Below are positions 36,167-45,105 of a stretch of 62,095 nt of DNA, one piece after another. Source of the stretch: an uncultured Clostridia bacterium (lineage in GTDB: Bacteria; Bacillota; Clostridia; UBA1212; UBA1255); the NCBI GenBank assembly GCA_947625435.1, contig CANQOI010000004.1, positions 1 through 62,095 of the forward strand, written 5' to 3'. How positions within the stretch are numbered: position 1 is the first letter of the stretch; every line of letters begins with the position of its first letter. Under the pieces are notes generated by a model. It was not told where the DNA came from. It did no database searches and was given only the letters and a program-made list of their open reading frames with translations. The position numbers and the translations under genes were made by a program.

Positions 36167-37519
36167 TCATCTGCGGCTCGCTCTGCGGCGGCGGATCTTG
36201 CCTACGGAAATAAAAACGATAAGAATTATCTCAAACAGTACAAGCACCGATATGATCAAAAATATATCGGTGTTTTCTTGTATTGTCTTGTAAAACACAT
36301 TTACTATCTCATTTTCGGAACGGATAGAATTGCCTGCGACTATCGTGACTGCGTGCACGCTCCCGTCCTTCAGGAGGTAATTGGCCGTACCTATGACACT
36401 GCCCTTTTCAATGGGCGGAGTCAGTTCCGTGAGGACAGAAACAGTGCCTCCGCCGTACGGAGACTGACCGTTATTGCTGACAGTGATATTGTAGCTTATA
36501 TTGTCAATGTAGTTTGTGACATCTGCGGGCATCATGCAGTATATGGATTCATTCGCAACGAGCGTGAGCTCTCCGCTTTCGGTATTGACCGTGGTGATAA
36601 CGCTGTTTTTGGAAACGATAGGAGCTTTGGTAAAATTGGTGAGTGCGTTTTCGATGTATGAAACTCCCAGATCGTATGATATATCATCGGAGACGCCGGA
36701 CATTGCGAGAATGAGCCGAGTCTGAGGAAGCTCCGTATTGGATGCTCCCGTTGTAATGTAATATATCGTGGTAGACAGCCTGCTCTCGCCTCCGTACACG
36801 GTGTAAATGCCTGCCGTGATCGACGAATTGTCAAAGACTGCGTTCCTGAGCATTCTAGACTCATTGACGACTGCCGTTCCTCCCCATATGTGCGCCACCG
36901 GACTTGATGCCGCATTTCTGAACTGCTGGTTGTTTACGGCGTACGAAAAGAATCTGCACATGTCGTTTACGGTGGTTCTCTGAGTGTTGTCCGCCGCTCC
37001 GTCGGGGCTCGTAAAATATGTTGATGACATGCCGAGCTCCCGTGCCTTCTCATTCATGAGCGATACAAAATACTCGCTGTTCGGGCTGACTACGGATGCG
37101 AGCAGCCTTGCGGCATTGTCGGCATTGCACAGTATCACGGATTTTATGAGGTGGTCTACCATGTACTGATTTGAAGTAAGGAGCTCATATCTGCCGGAAG
37201 AAGAGGTGCTGTTTTCCTTCGGGGTTATATAATCCGTGACCGATATCCCTTCATGTTCGAGCACGAGCATGCAAGTCATCAGTCTCGAGAGCTGGGAACA
37301 GTCTGCCGTGGCGTCGGGATTCATACGCTGCAGCACCTGCTGCGTGTCGGCTTCGTATATCATATATGAAAGAGACGTATCCTCCGGTAAAATGCCGGAT
37401 TCCGCGCGGCATTTAGTATATGCCGTGCAGAATATCATGACAGCGCACATAACGCATATAATGCACACAATAAGTAAAACAGCATATATTTTTCTTTTCG
37501 GCAAGAAAACGTCATGCAT
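36167..37519 (-). CDS. Peptidase-S11 (D-Ala-D-Ala carboxypeptidase)-like membrane protein with apparently degenerate active-site motifs
   Basis: The fold-level pattern matches DacB/DacF (..SRLMTCMLVLE.., ..NADNAARLLA.., FVSLMNEKARELGMSSTYFTSPDG). SxxK reads QLSR, SxN reads NAD and KTG reads TAG by eye alignment. There are N-terminal and C-terminal TM segments. Confidence 0.5.
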   Translation of the reverse strand: MHDVFLPKRKIYAVLLIVCIICVMCAVMIFCTAYTKCRAESGILPEDTSLSYMIYEADTQQVLQRMNPDATADCSQLSRLMTCMLVLEHEGISVTDYITPKENSTSSSGRYELLTSNQYMVDHLIKSVILCNADNAARLLASVVSPNSEYFVSLMNEKARELGMSSTYFTSPDGAADNTQRTTVNDMCRFFSYAVNNQQFRNAASSPVAHIWGGTAVVNESRMLRNAVFDNSSITAGIYTVYGGESRLSTTIYYITTGASNTELPQTRLILAMSGVSDDISYDLGVSYIENALTNFTKAPIVSKNSVITTVNTESGELTLVANESIYCMMPADVTNYIDNISYNITVSNNGQSPYGGGTVSVLTELTPPIEKGSVIGTANYLLKDGSVHAVTIVAGNSIRSENEIVNVFYKTIQENTDIFLIISVLVLFEIILIVFISVGKIRRRRASRR

Positions 37520-37630
37520 CGGAGCGCATCCTTTACAAATGATAGTATAAAACCTGCATGTGCTGAGTATAGCACATATACAGAGCTTTGTAAAAAATTT
37601 TACTGCAAAATTTTTTTATTGATTTAAATA

Positions 37631-37659
37631 TTGACATGAAGCGGGAGAACAAGTATACT
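37631..37659 (+). promoter_or_regulatory. Sigma-A promoter of the second GNT-repeat protein gene
   Basis: TTGACA - 17 nt - TATACT. Confidence 0.6.
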
Positions 37660-37710
37660 TCGGGCAAGTGGTATTATTACTCACATTATATAACTTTTGG
37701 AGGGTTAATC

Positions 37711-38385
37711 ATGAAGAAGAAAGTAATGGCGCTCATACTTACAGTTGCTCTTGCAGTTTCCGTTATGAGTGTATTTACGGTTCAGGCAGCGGGACTTACC
37801 GTTGAAGTTAAAGACGGCGGCCACATTACCGTAAAGGTTGACGGCGAGACTTCCGCCAATGACTGGGTAGGAATTTATAAAGAAGGCGAGCAGTACGGCG
37901 AAGGTGAAGGAACCGTCACATCGCTCGTATGGTGGTATATAGACGACACCACGAAGACCGTAAACTGGCCCGAAGACAGAGCTGCTGCCAACACTGCCGC
38001 AGGAAAGAACATAGAGGCTGCCGGAAACAGACCTACAGAGCTGAATGAAGATCTGTCTCTTGCTCCCGGCAAGTATTATGCGGTAGTTCTCGGAGGAGAA
38101 GACGCTTATACACCCGTCAGCGGTTTTGATGTTGCCGAATTTGAGATAAAGGCACCCGGTGAGGACAACCCCGATTCCGGCAATACAGGCGACACAGGAA
38201 ATACAGGCAGCACAGGTAATACAGGTAATACCGGAAACACCGGAGATACAGGCAATACCGGAAATACCGGCAGCACAGGCAATCAGGGCGGCAACGCCAA
38301 CACAGCCGACACTGCATCCGTGATATTCATGATAGCTGCGGCTGCCATGATAGTTACAGTTGCTCTGAGAAAGAAAGCTTATTGA
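37711..38385 (+). CDS. Secreted protein with C-terminal (G-N/D/S-T)11 repeat and NTAD + TM + basic tail
   Basis: Signal peptide MKKKVMALILTVALAVSVMSVFTVQA/AG. The C-terminus is GNTGDTGNTGST...GNQGGNA-NTADT-ASVIFMIAAAAMIVTVAL-RKKAY. The start follows a GGAGGG SD. Confidence 0.7.
   Translation: MKKKVMALILTVALAVSVMSVFTVQAAGLTVEVKDGGHITVKVDGETSANDWVGIYKEGEQYGEGEGTVTSLVWWYIDDTTKTVNWPEDRAAANTAAGKNIEAAGNRPTELNEDLSLAPGKYYAVVLGGEDAYTPVSGFDVAEFEIKAPGEDNPDSGNTGDTGNTGSTGNTGNTGNTGDTGNTGNTGSTGNQGGNANTADTASVIFMIAAAAMIVTVALRKKAY
38179..38277 (+). repeat. 11 x 9-bp in-frame tandem repeat encoding G(N/D/S)T units
   Basis: ggcaataca, ggcgacaca, ggaaataca, ggcagcaca, ggtaataca and so on, with synonymous variation between units. 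Confidence 0.9.
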
Positions 38386-38426
38386 TCTTTTATTGATATA
38401 ACTCAATACACATCACAATAGTAAGG

Positions 38427-38466
38427 ACCCCGTTTTTTGCAGCAGTCGAAAAGCGGGGTTCTTATG
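38427..38466 (+). terminator. Terminator-like hairpin
   Basis: An 11-bp stem (38427-38437 with 38449-38459) followed by a weak TTCTTAT tract. It overlaps the 5' end of the track ORF 38437, which argues for a later helicase start. Confidence 0.4.
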
Positions 38467-38493
38467 CATTTTATTCATTTTGCGCATGGGAGG

Positions 38494-40173
38494 ATGGTAT
38501 ACATATTTGTATTGAATGAAGCGCAGCGTGAGGCTGCGGAGCATTTTACGGGGCCTGCGCTTACTCTCGCGGGGCCGGGCAGCGGCAAAACGCGCGTCAT
38601 GACAGAAAGGACGCTCATGCTGGCGGAGCGTACGGGAGATCCGGGAGGGATATTGTCGGTGACATTCACAAATGCGGCCGCAAACGAAATGAGGACGCGT
38701 TTTATTCAGATGCGTGACAAAAGCGGCGCCGGAAACACGGCGGACGAGCCTGTCTTCAAAACGGTACACAGCTATTGCAATTCCGTTCTCAAGAAATATG
38801 AGCAGCTCACAAACACGAGATATACGAGGATAGAAGGAAGCTGCAATACGGCAGAGCAGATACTTAAGGACATCTACCTTGAGATAAACGGTGACGATGC
38901 GGACGAATATACCGTGGGTCAGATAAGATCCGCTCTCGGAAGGACGGAGAAGCCGGACGTTAAGAATATAGGCGCCATATTAAAAAAGTACATTGAATAC
39001 AAACGCAAAAACAACCTGATCGATTTCGACGATATGGTCGCCGTCGCGCTCGATATACTGAATTCGGACAGCAGGGAGGGACGCATCATAAGGAGCGGCG
39101 AGCGGGAGCGTTTTAAGTTCATACAGGTTGATGAAGCACAGGATCTGACGAGAGAACAGTTTGACGTTTTACAGATGATTTCGGGATCGGGCAATATATT
39201 CGTAGTGGCGGACGATGACCAGAGCATTTACGGCTTCAGGGGAGCCGAGCCTTCGTGCCTTAAGGAATTCACTCAAAAAAATCCCGACTGTAAGATATAC
39301 AGGCTTTCGAGAAATTACAGATCCGTAAAGAGCATAGTGACACTGTCGGAGAGGTTCATATCTAAAAACACGGACAGATTTGAAAAATCGCTCTACAGTG
39401 AGAATGAAAAGGGAAGTATCCCCCGTATAAAAGCATGCCGCGACATTGCGGAGCAGACGGATTTCGTATACGGTGAAATAAAAAAGCTGAGAAAAATGGA
39501 CCCCGGCATGACATTCGGCATACTCTACAGAAATAATATATCGGGACTTGCCGCAAGAGCGCTGTTTTCCGTGAATTCGGAAGAATATTCTGTTTCAGAT
39601 GCGTCCCTTAAGATAGGGAGCCTGCCTTTTATGGACAATATACTTTCCGGTATAAGGAACGCGGAAAGGAGCGGCATATTGCTTCCTACGCCCTCACATA
39701 CGTTCAGGCGGATGCTCGAAAAGGGATTCGAAAGGGAATTCGAGCTGTATTGCAGGAGAACGAGACAGCATCTGAGGTATAAAGACGCCGTCATATCGCT
39801 CGCGCATTATTTATGCGGACTGAGCGCTTCGTGGAAGGAAATGCTCAGTATCATCGAAAGAGCCGATGATATGCACGAGAGTGAAAAAGAATGCGCCGTG
39901 TCGCTTTCAACGGTACATTCGTCAAAAGGCCTCGAATATGATACGGTATTTATAATCGACGCCGTCAGAGGCGAATTTCCGGGTGAAGGCGCCGACAGGG
40001 GGGCTCCCCTCGAAGAGGAAAGAAGACTTTTCTATGTGGCACTCACAAGAGCCAAAAAATACGCATATGTAACATATCCGTTAAAGCGCGGGAACCCTTA
40101 CGGCAAAAAGGAGCTGTGCGGCGAGAGCATTTTCGTGAGCGAGCTCAAAGGAGCAATAAGAGCCGTAAAATAG
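38494..40173 (+). CDS. UvrD/Rep-family ATP-dependent DNA helicase (short form)
   Basis: LNEAQREAAEHFTGPALTLAGPGSGKT (motifs Q/I), FIQVDEAQD (II), NYRS, and VHSSKGLEYDTVFI..RRLFYVALTRAK (V/VI). The start is uncertain: ATG 38494 or TTG 38512. Confidence 0.8.
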   Translation: MVYIFVLNEAQREAAEHFTGPALTLAGPGSGKTRVMTERTLMLAERTGDPGGILSVTFTNAAANEMRTRFIQMRDKSGAGNTADEPVFKTVHSYCNSVLKKYEQLTNTRYTRIEGSCNTAEQILKDIYLEINGDDADEYTVGQIRSALGRTEKPDVKNIGAILKKYIEYKRKNNLIDFDDMVAVALDILNSDSREGRIIRSGERERFKFIQVDEAQDLTREQFDVLQMISGSGNIFVVADDDQSIYGFRGAEPSCLKEFTQKNPDCKIYRLSRNYRSVKSIVTLSERFISKNTDRFEKSLYSENEKGSIPRIKACRDIAEQTDFVYGEIKKLRKMDPGMTFGILYRNNISGLAARALFSVNSEEYSVSDASLKIGSLPFMDNILSGIRNAERSGILLPTPSHTFRRMLEKGFEREFELYCRRTRQHLRYKDAVISLAHYLCGLSASWKEMLSIIERADDMHESEKECAVSLSTVHSSKGLEYDTVFIIDAVRGEFPGEGADRGAPLEEERRLFYVALTRAKKYAYVTYPLKRGNPYGKKELCGESIFVSELKGAIRAVK

Positions 40174-40290
40174 TTGTTGACAAACGCGGAATGTTAGTGT
40201 ATCCTCTGTAAAGATTATTTCCTTTACAGTACCGCATATACTGCCGGGCATATAATCGAAGGCTAATATAACAGATTCGGAGAACTTACA

Positions 40291-40662
40291 ATGGCTCAAG
40301 ACATTACTGACAGCATATATGAGATCAGCATGCTGCTGGATTTTTACGGGCAGCTCCTGACAGACAGTCAATACAGATGCATGGACATGTATTACAATCA
40401 GGATCTGAGCCTTACGGAGATCGCGGAGGAGCTGGGAATAAGCAGACAGGGGGCCCACGACTTTATAAGAAGGGGACGCGCGGCTCTCAATGAATATGAA
40501 GATAAGCTGGGGCTCCTCGGCAAATTCAGCGATATAGAGAAGAAGCTCAGGCTGATACAGGCGGATCTGCAGCTTATAGACAGGACAGGCATGAACGACG
40601 GCAACATTTATATGCTGGATCAGATAGAACAGAATATCACGGGGATAATCACTAAGCTCTGA
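40291..40662 (+). CDS. ylxM: YlxM/UPF0122 putative DNA-binding protein (SRP operon)
   Basis: LLDFYGQLLTDSQYRCMDMYYNQDLSLTEIAEELGISRQGAHDFIRRG, located upstream of ffh. Confidence 0.9.
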   Translation: MAQDITDSIYEISMLLDFYGQLLTDSQYRCMDMYYNQDLSLTEIAEELGISRQGAHDFIRRGRAALNEYEDKLGLLGKFSDIEKKLRLIQADLQLIDRTGMNDGNIYMLDQIEQNITGIITKL

Positions 40663-40722
40663 TACGCAAAAGAAAAATCAGCGGGAAAATGAGCGGGAAA
40701 ATGAGAGGTTGAATGTTTAATA

Positions 40723-42069
40723 ATGGCATTTGAAAGCTTATCTGCGAAGCTGCAGGCGACTATAAAGAGATTAAGAGGTCAGACGAGAGTCACGGAGAAG
40801 GATGTAAAGGAATTCATGCGCGAGATACGTCTTGCGCTGCTCGAGGCCGACGTAAACTATAAAGTGGTAAAGGATTTTACAGCTTCCGTCTCCGCAAAAG
40901 CAGTGGGACAGGACGTACTTGAGAGCCTCTCTCCCGGTCAGCAGATCGTTAAGATAGTAGATGATGAACTGACGGCGCTGTTAGGCGCCGATGACTATAA
41001 GCTCGACCTTTCCAGGACTCCGCCCAATGTCATAATGATGGTGGGCCTTCAGGGTACCGGTAAGACTACCGCCTGCGCAAAGCTTGCGGCACACCTCAGA
41101 AAACAGGGCAGGAAGCCGCTCATGGCCGCATGCGACATATACAGGCCCGCTGCCGTCACACAGCTTCAGGTGCTGGGCAGACAGATAGATATACCGGTAT
41201 ATTCGGAAGAACCGGGAGCAAAGGCGGCGGCAATAGCCGCAAATGCCGTAAAGAGCGCAGTGCGGGGCCTGAACGACGTTGTCATAGTAGATACGGCGGG
41301 ACGTCTTCAGATAGACGAAGCCCTCATGGAGGAGCTGGAAGAAATAAAAGCAGTCGTAAAGCCGTCGGAGATATTACTCGTGATAGACGCCATGACCGGA
41401 CAGGAAGCCGCAAACGTGGCCGCTGTCTTCAATGAAAGACTCTCCGTGACCGGCATAATACTTTCAAAGCTCGACAGCGACACAAGGGGCGGCGCGGCGC
41501 TTTCCGTAAGAGCGATAACCGGGCGTCCCGTTAAGTTCGCATCCAACGGAGAGAAGATAAACGATTTCGAGATATTTTACCCGAAAAGGATGGCGGACAG
41601 GATACTCGGAATGGGAGACGTGCTTACGCTGATAGACAAAGCCGTTGAAATGTATGATGAAAAACAGGCGGAAGAGCTCGAGAAAAAGCTCGCCACGCAG
41701 ACATTCACGCTCGATGACTTCCTGTCGCAGCTGCAGCAGATAAAGAAAATGGGAGGCCTTGCCGGCATACTGAAGCTCCTTCCGGGCGCCGGGCAGATAC
41801 GCGACGAGGACATAGACGAAAGACAGCTTGTAAAGGTAGAAGCCATAATACAGTCAATGACAAAGAAGGAGAAACGCAATCCGGATATACTGAACGCGAG
41901 CCGCAGAAAGAGAATAGCGGCGGGGAGCGGTACGACGGTGCAGGATGTGAACAAGCTCATGAAACAGTTCGAAGACATGCGCGCCATGATGAAAAAGTTC
42001 GGAGGCAAGGGTAAAAAAGGTATTGGCAGGAAAATGTTCGGCGGTAAGATGCCAGACATTTTCATGTAA
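40723..42069 (+). CDS. ffh: Signal recognition particle protein Ffh
   Basis: NG domain with GLQGTGKTT and DTAGRL, plus a Met-rich M domain. Confidence 0.95.
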   Translation: MAFESLSAKLQATIKRLRGQTRVTEKDVKEFMREIRLALLEADVNYKVVKDFTASVSAKAVGQDVLESLSPGQQIVKIVDDELTALLGADDYKLDLSRTPPNVIMMVGLQGTGKTTACAKLAAHLRKQGRKPLMAACDIYRPAAVTQLQVLGRQIDIPVYSEEPGAKAAAIAANAVKSAVRGLNDVVIVDTAGRLQIDEALMEELEEIKAVVKPSEILLVIDAMTGQEAANVAAVFNERLSVTGIILSKLDSDTRGGAALSVRAITGRPVKFASNGEKINDFEIFYPKRMADRILGMGDVLTLIDKAVEMYDEKQAEELEKKLATQTFTLDDFLSQLQQIKKMGGLAGILKLLPGAGQIRDEDIDERQLVKVEAIIQSMTKKEKRNPDILNASRRKRIAAGSGTTVQDVNKLMKQFEDMRAMMKKFGGKGKKGIGRKMFGGKMPDIFM

Positions 42070-42119
42070 ATATAAATAACACGGCTCACAGAGCGTAAAA
42101 ACATCGGAGGTGAAACGAA

Positions 42120-42371
42120 ATGGTAAAGATAAGACTCAAGAGGATAGGAGCTAAGAAGGCGCCCTTCTACAGAGTGGTTGTAGCAGAATCGAAGTATTCG
42201 AGAGACGGCAGATTCATAGAGGAAATAGGAACATATAATCCCCTCGTTGATCCCGCTGAGATCAAGATAGATTCAGAGCGCGCAGACTACTGGATAAAGA
42301 ACGGTGCTCAGCCCACCGACACGGTAAAGGCGCTCCTCAAGAAGGCTGCCGAAGCAAAAACGGAAGAATAA
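42120..42371 (+). CDS. rpsP: 30S ribosomal protein S16
   Basis: [24 protein letters not shown].. Confidence 0.95.
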   Translation: MVKIRLKRIGAKKAPFYRVVVAESKYSRDGRFIEEIGTYNPLVDPAEIKIDSERADYWIKNGAQPTDTVKALLKKAAEAKTEE

Positions 42372-42407
42372 GGTCGGATTCAGACCGCACAAATGGGGTA
42401 TTTTACA

Positions 42408-42635
42408 ATGAAAGAATTCCTGGAGACCGTAGTAAAACAGCTTGTTAACCATCCTGATCAGGTGGCAATAGAAGAAGAGGAAACGGATACAAGCCTGACA
42501 CTGAAGATATCTGTTGCCGACGACGACAAAGGCAAGGTCATAGGCAAGGAGGGTAAGATCGCGAAGGCGCTGCGCACGGTCACAAAAGCAGCGGCCCGCA
42601 ATATACCCAAATCGGTGTATGTGGACATTGTATAA
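42408..42635 (+). CDS. KH-domain RNA-binding protein (KhpA/YlqC-like)
   Basis: MKEFLETVVKQLVNHPDQV..GKVIGKEGKIAKALRTV, located between rpsP and rimM. Confidence 0.85.
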   Translation: MKEFLETVVKQLVNHPDQVAIEEEETDTSLTLKISVADDDKGKVIGKEGKIAKALRTVTKAAARNIPKSVYVDIV

Positions 42636-42664
42636 TAGATCCGCAATCGGGAGGGCATGTAATT

Positions 42665-43192
42665 TTGCTGAACAGAATAAGAATCGGTGAAATTGTAAAT
42701 GTTCACGGCGTCAAAGGCGCGCTTAAAGTGCTGCCTTTGACCGATGATCCCGTGCGCTTCTGCTCGCTTGCGGAGGTCGATCTCGTACCGAGACGCGGAG
42801 GGACGCCTGTTACATATAAGGTCCTTTCCGCTTCCGTGTCCGGAGGCACGGTACTTTTAAGACTGTCGGGCATAGATAACAGGAACGAAGCCGAGAAGAT
42901 GAGAGGCATGTTCCTGGAGCTTCCGAGAGAAAAGGCAGTAAAGCTTCCGGAGGACAGCTATTTCATAGGGGATCTTATAGGGTGTGACGTTGCGGACGAG
43001 GCCGGAGAGGATCTCGGCAGGCTTACGGACGTGCAGTCAACGGGCGCAAATGATATATACGAAATAACCGGAGCAGACGGCAGGACAATGTGGCTGCCCG
43101 CCATAGCGGACGTTATAAAAAGTGTTGATATAGAAAGCGGGCGCATAACAGTAAGGCTGCTGCCCGGACTCCGTGAAGTATACGATGACTAA
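42665..43192 (+). CDS. rimM: 16S rRNA processing protein RimM
   Basis: IGEIVNVHGVKGALKV.., a PRC-barrel C-terminus, and a TTG start after a GGGAGGG SD. Confidence 0.9.
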   Translation: MLNRIRIGEIVNVHGVKGALKVLPLTDDPVRFCSLAEVDLVPRRGGTPVTYKVLSASVSGGTVLLRLSGIDNRNEAEKMRGMFLELPREKAVKLPEDSYFIGDLIGCDVADEAGEDLGRLTDVQSTGANDIYEITGADGRTMWLPAIADVIKSVDIESGRITVRLLPGLREVYDD

Positions 43193-45080
43193 GAAGATTG
43201 AAATACTGACGCTCTTCCCGGACATGGTGGGAGCGGCGTTCGGCGAGAGCATAATAGCGCGGGCCGTATCAAAGGGCATATTGAACATAAAGTGCCGGCA
43301 GATAAGGGATTATACACAAAACAGGCAGGGCAAGGTAGACGACTATCCGTACAGCGGAGGCCCGGGCCTTGTGATGGCATATCAGCCCATAGCCGATTGC
43401 ATACGCGCGGCAAGCGCCGAAATAATGCAGGATAAAAGTGACGGCCTTGAAAGGCCGTATATAATATATATGTCTCCGCAGGGGACGCCTTTTACACAGA
43501 AGACCGCCGAAAGGCTCGTACAAAAGGATAACCTGATCATAATATGCGGTCACTATGAGGGTATAGACGAGCGCGTAATAGAAGAATTTGTCGATGAGGA
43601 AATATCCGTAGGCGATTTCGTGCTCACGGGCGGAGAGATACCGGCAATGTGCGTAACGGACTGCATAGCACGGCTCATACCTGGCGTGCTGGCGGAAGGC
43701 TCCGCCGAAACGGAATCTCATCAGGGACTGCTGCTCGAATATCCCCAATATACACGTCCGGCGGAGATAGAGGGCAAAAAAGTGCCCGACATACTCATAT
43801 CCGGCAATCACGATGAGATAGTGAAATGGCAGATAGAAGCGGCCGAGGAGCGCACAGCGCGCAAAAGGCCGGATCTTTTCGATATATATTCGGAACAGAA
43901 GCAGGAAAGAGAAACATTTTATTTTGACAACAGCGCCACTACGAAGCAGGACGCGCGCGTTACGGAGGTAATGAGCAGGGCCGCGCGCTTTACGTACGGC
44001 AATCCCTCATCCCTTCACAGAATGGGGCTTGAGGCAGAGAGAGCGCTTTCTGCGGCAAGGCGTGAGATAGCAGGATATATAGGCGCGCAGGAAAAAGAGA
44101 TATATTTCACATCGTGCGCAACAGAGAGCAACAACTGGGCTCTGAGAGGTTTTCTGGATGCGAACAGGCACGCGGGAAAGAGAGTGATAATATCCGCGGG
44201 AGAGCATGCTTCGGTCACAGAAACGGCGGCTGTGCTGTCTTCAATGTCGTATGACGTGCAGACAGTGCCTCTTACAAAAAACGGACTTATAAATACGGAC
44301 ATTTTAAGAGAGCTCGTTACGAAGGATACTGCCATAGTGTCTGTGGGACACGTGAACAGCGAAACAGGCGCCGTGCAGGATATAGCGGAGGCGGCGCGCA
44401 TAGTAAGGAGCATAAATCCACGCGCCGTGATACACACGGACTGCGTACAGAGCTTCGGCAAGCTGAACGTATCAGTACAGAAGCTGGGGTGCGACATGCT
44501 GAGCGTGAGCGCACACAAGATACACGGGCCGCGGGGCGTGGGCTTTTTGTACATAAGACAGGGACTGAGGCTGACGCCGCTCCTTACCGGAGGCGGTCAG
44601 GAAAGAGGCATGAGATCCGGAACGGAGAACCTGCCCGGTATAGTCGGACTCGCGGAGGCCGCACGCCTGATGTGCGGCAGGGAGAACATGGAGGAGCATT
44701 TTACCCATGTAAAGAATATGAACCGCATATTCAGGGATATTTTAACGGATGAGATACGTTCGTGCGTTATGATATCCGATGAAGATATATCGTCTCCGTA
44801 CGTACTGTGCGTCTCTTTTCCCGGGCTGCGCGCCGAGGTGATACAGCACAGCGTAGAATCCAAGGGCGTGTACATATCGGTAGGCTCCGCCTGCTCGTCG
44901 CACAAGAAGGACAGGAGCGCGACGCTCGCCGCCATGGGATACGACAACAGAACGACGGACGGCGCGGTGAGGATAAGCTTTTCATATAAGAATACAGAAA
45001 AACAGGCAGAATACGCCGCGCGCACCATATGCTCCGAGGTGAAGAAGCTCTACGGAAGGGCGAGCAGAAGGAGCAGATAA
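43185..45080 (+). CDS. trmD: Fusion protein: tRNA (guanine37-N1)-methyltransferase TrmD + class V cysteine desulfurase (NifS/NifZ-like)
   Basis: Residues 1-~240 are TrmD (IEILTLFPDMV, YPYSGGPGLVM, IIICGHYEGIDERV, GDFVLTGGEIPA, ISGNHDEIVKW). From ~nt 43915, FYFDNSATT..SAHKIHGPRGVG (PLP-Lys at nt 44517)..GSACSS (catalytic Cys) is a complete desulfurase. There is no stop at the junction. Confidence 0.8.
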   Translation: MTKKIEILTLFPDMVGAAFGESIIARAVSKGILNIKCRQIRDYTQNRQGKVDDYPYSGGPGLVMAYQPIADCIRAASAEIMQDKSDGLERPYIIYMSPQGTPFTQKTAERLVQKDNLIIICGHYEGIDERVIEEFVDEEISVGDFVLTGGEIPAMCVTDCIARLIPGVLAEGSAETESHQGLLLEYPQYTRPAEIEGKKVPDILISGNHDEIVKWQIEAAEERTARKRPDLFDIYSEQKQERETFYFDNSATTKQDARVTEVMSRAARFTYGNPSSLHRMGLEAERALSAARREIAGYIGAQEKEIYFTSCATESNNWALRGFLDANRHAGKRVIISAGEHASVTETAAVLSSMSYDVQTVPLTKNGLINTDILRELVTKDTAIVSVGHVNSETGAVQDIAEAARIVRSINPRAVIHTDCVQSFGKLNVSVQKLGCDMLSVSAHKIHGPRGVGFLYIRQGLRLTPLLTGGGQERGMRSGTENLPGIVGLAEAARLMCGRENMEEHFTHVKNMNRIFRDILTDEIRSCVMISDEDISSPYVLCVSFPGLRAEVIQHSVESKGVYISVGSACSSHKKDRSATLAAMGYDNRTTDGAVRISFSYKNTEKQAEYAARTICSEVKKLYGRASRRSR

Positions 45081-45105
45081 TATTTTACAGAAAGGAAACG
45101 GTCCG

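Noticed and set aside
40177-40205. TTGACA-N17-TATCCT, considered as the promoter of ylxM-ffh
   Set aside because: The -10 is poor and no supporting features are present. It is plausible but not strong enough to list as a feature.
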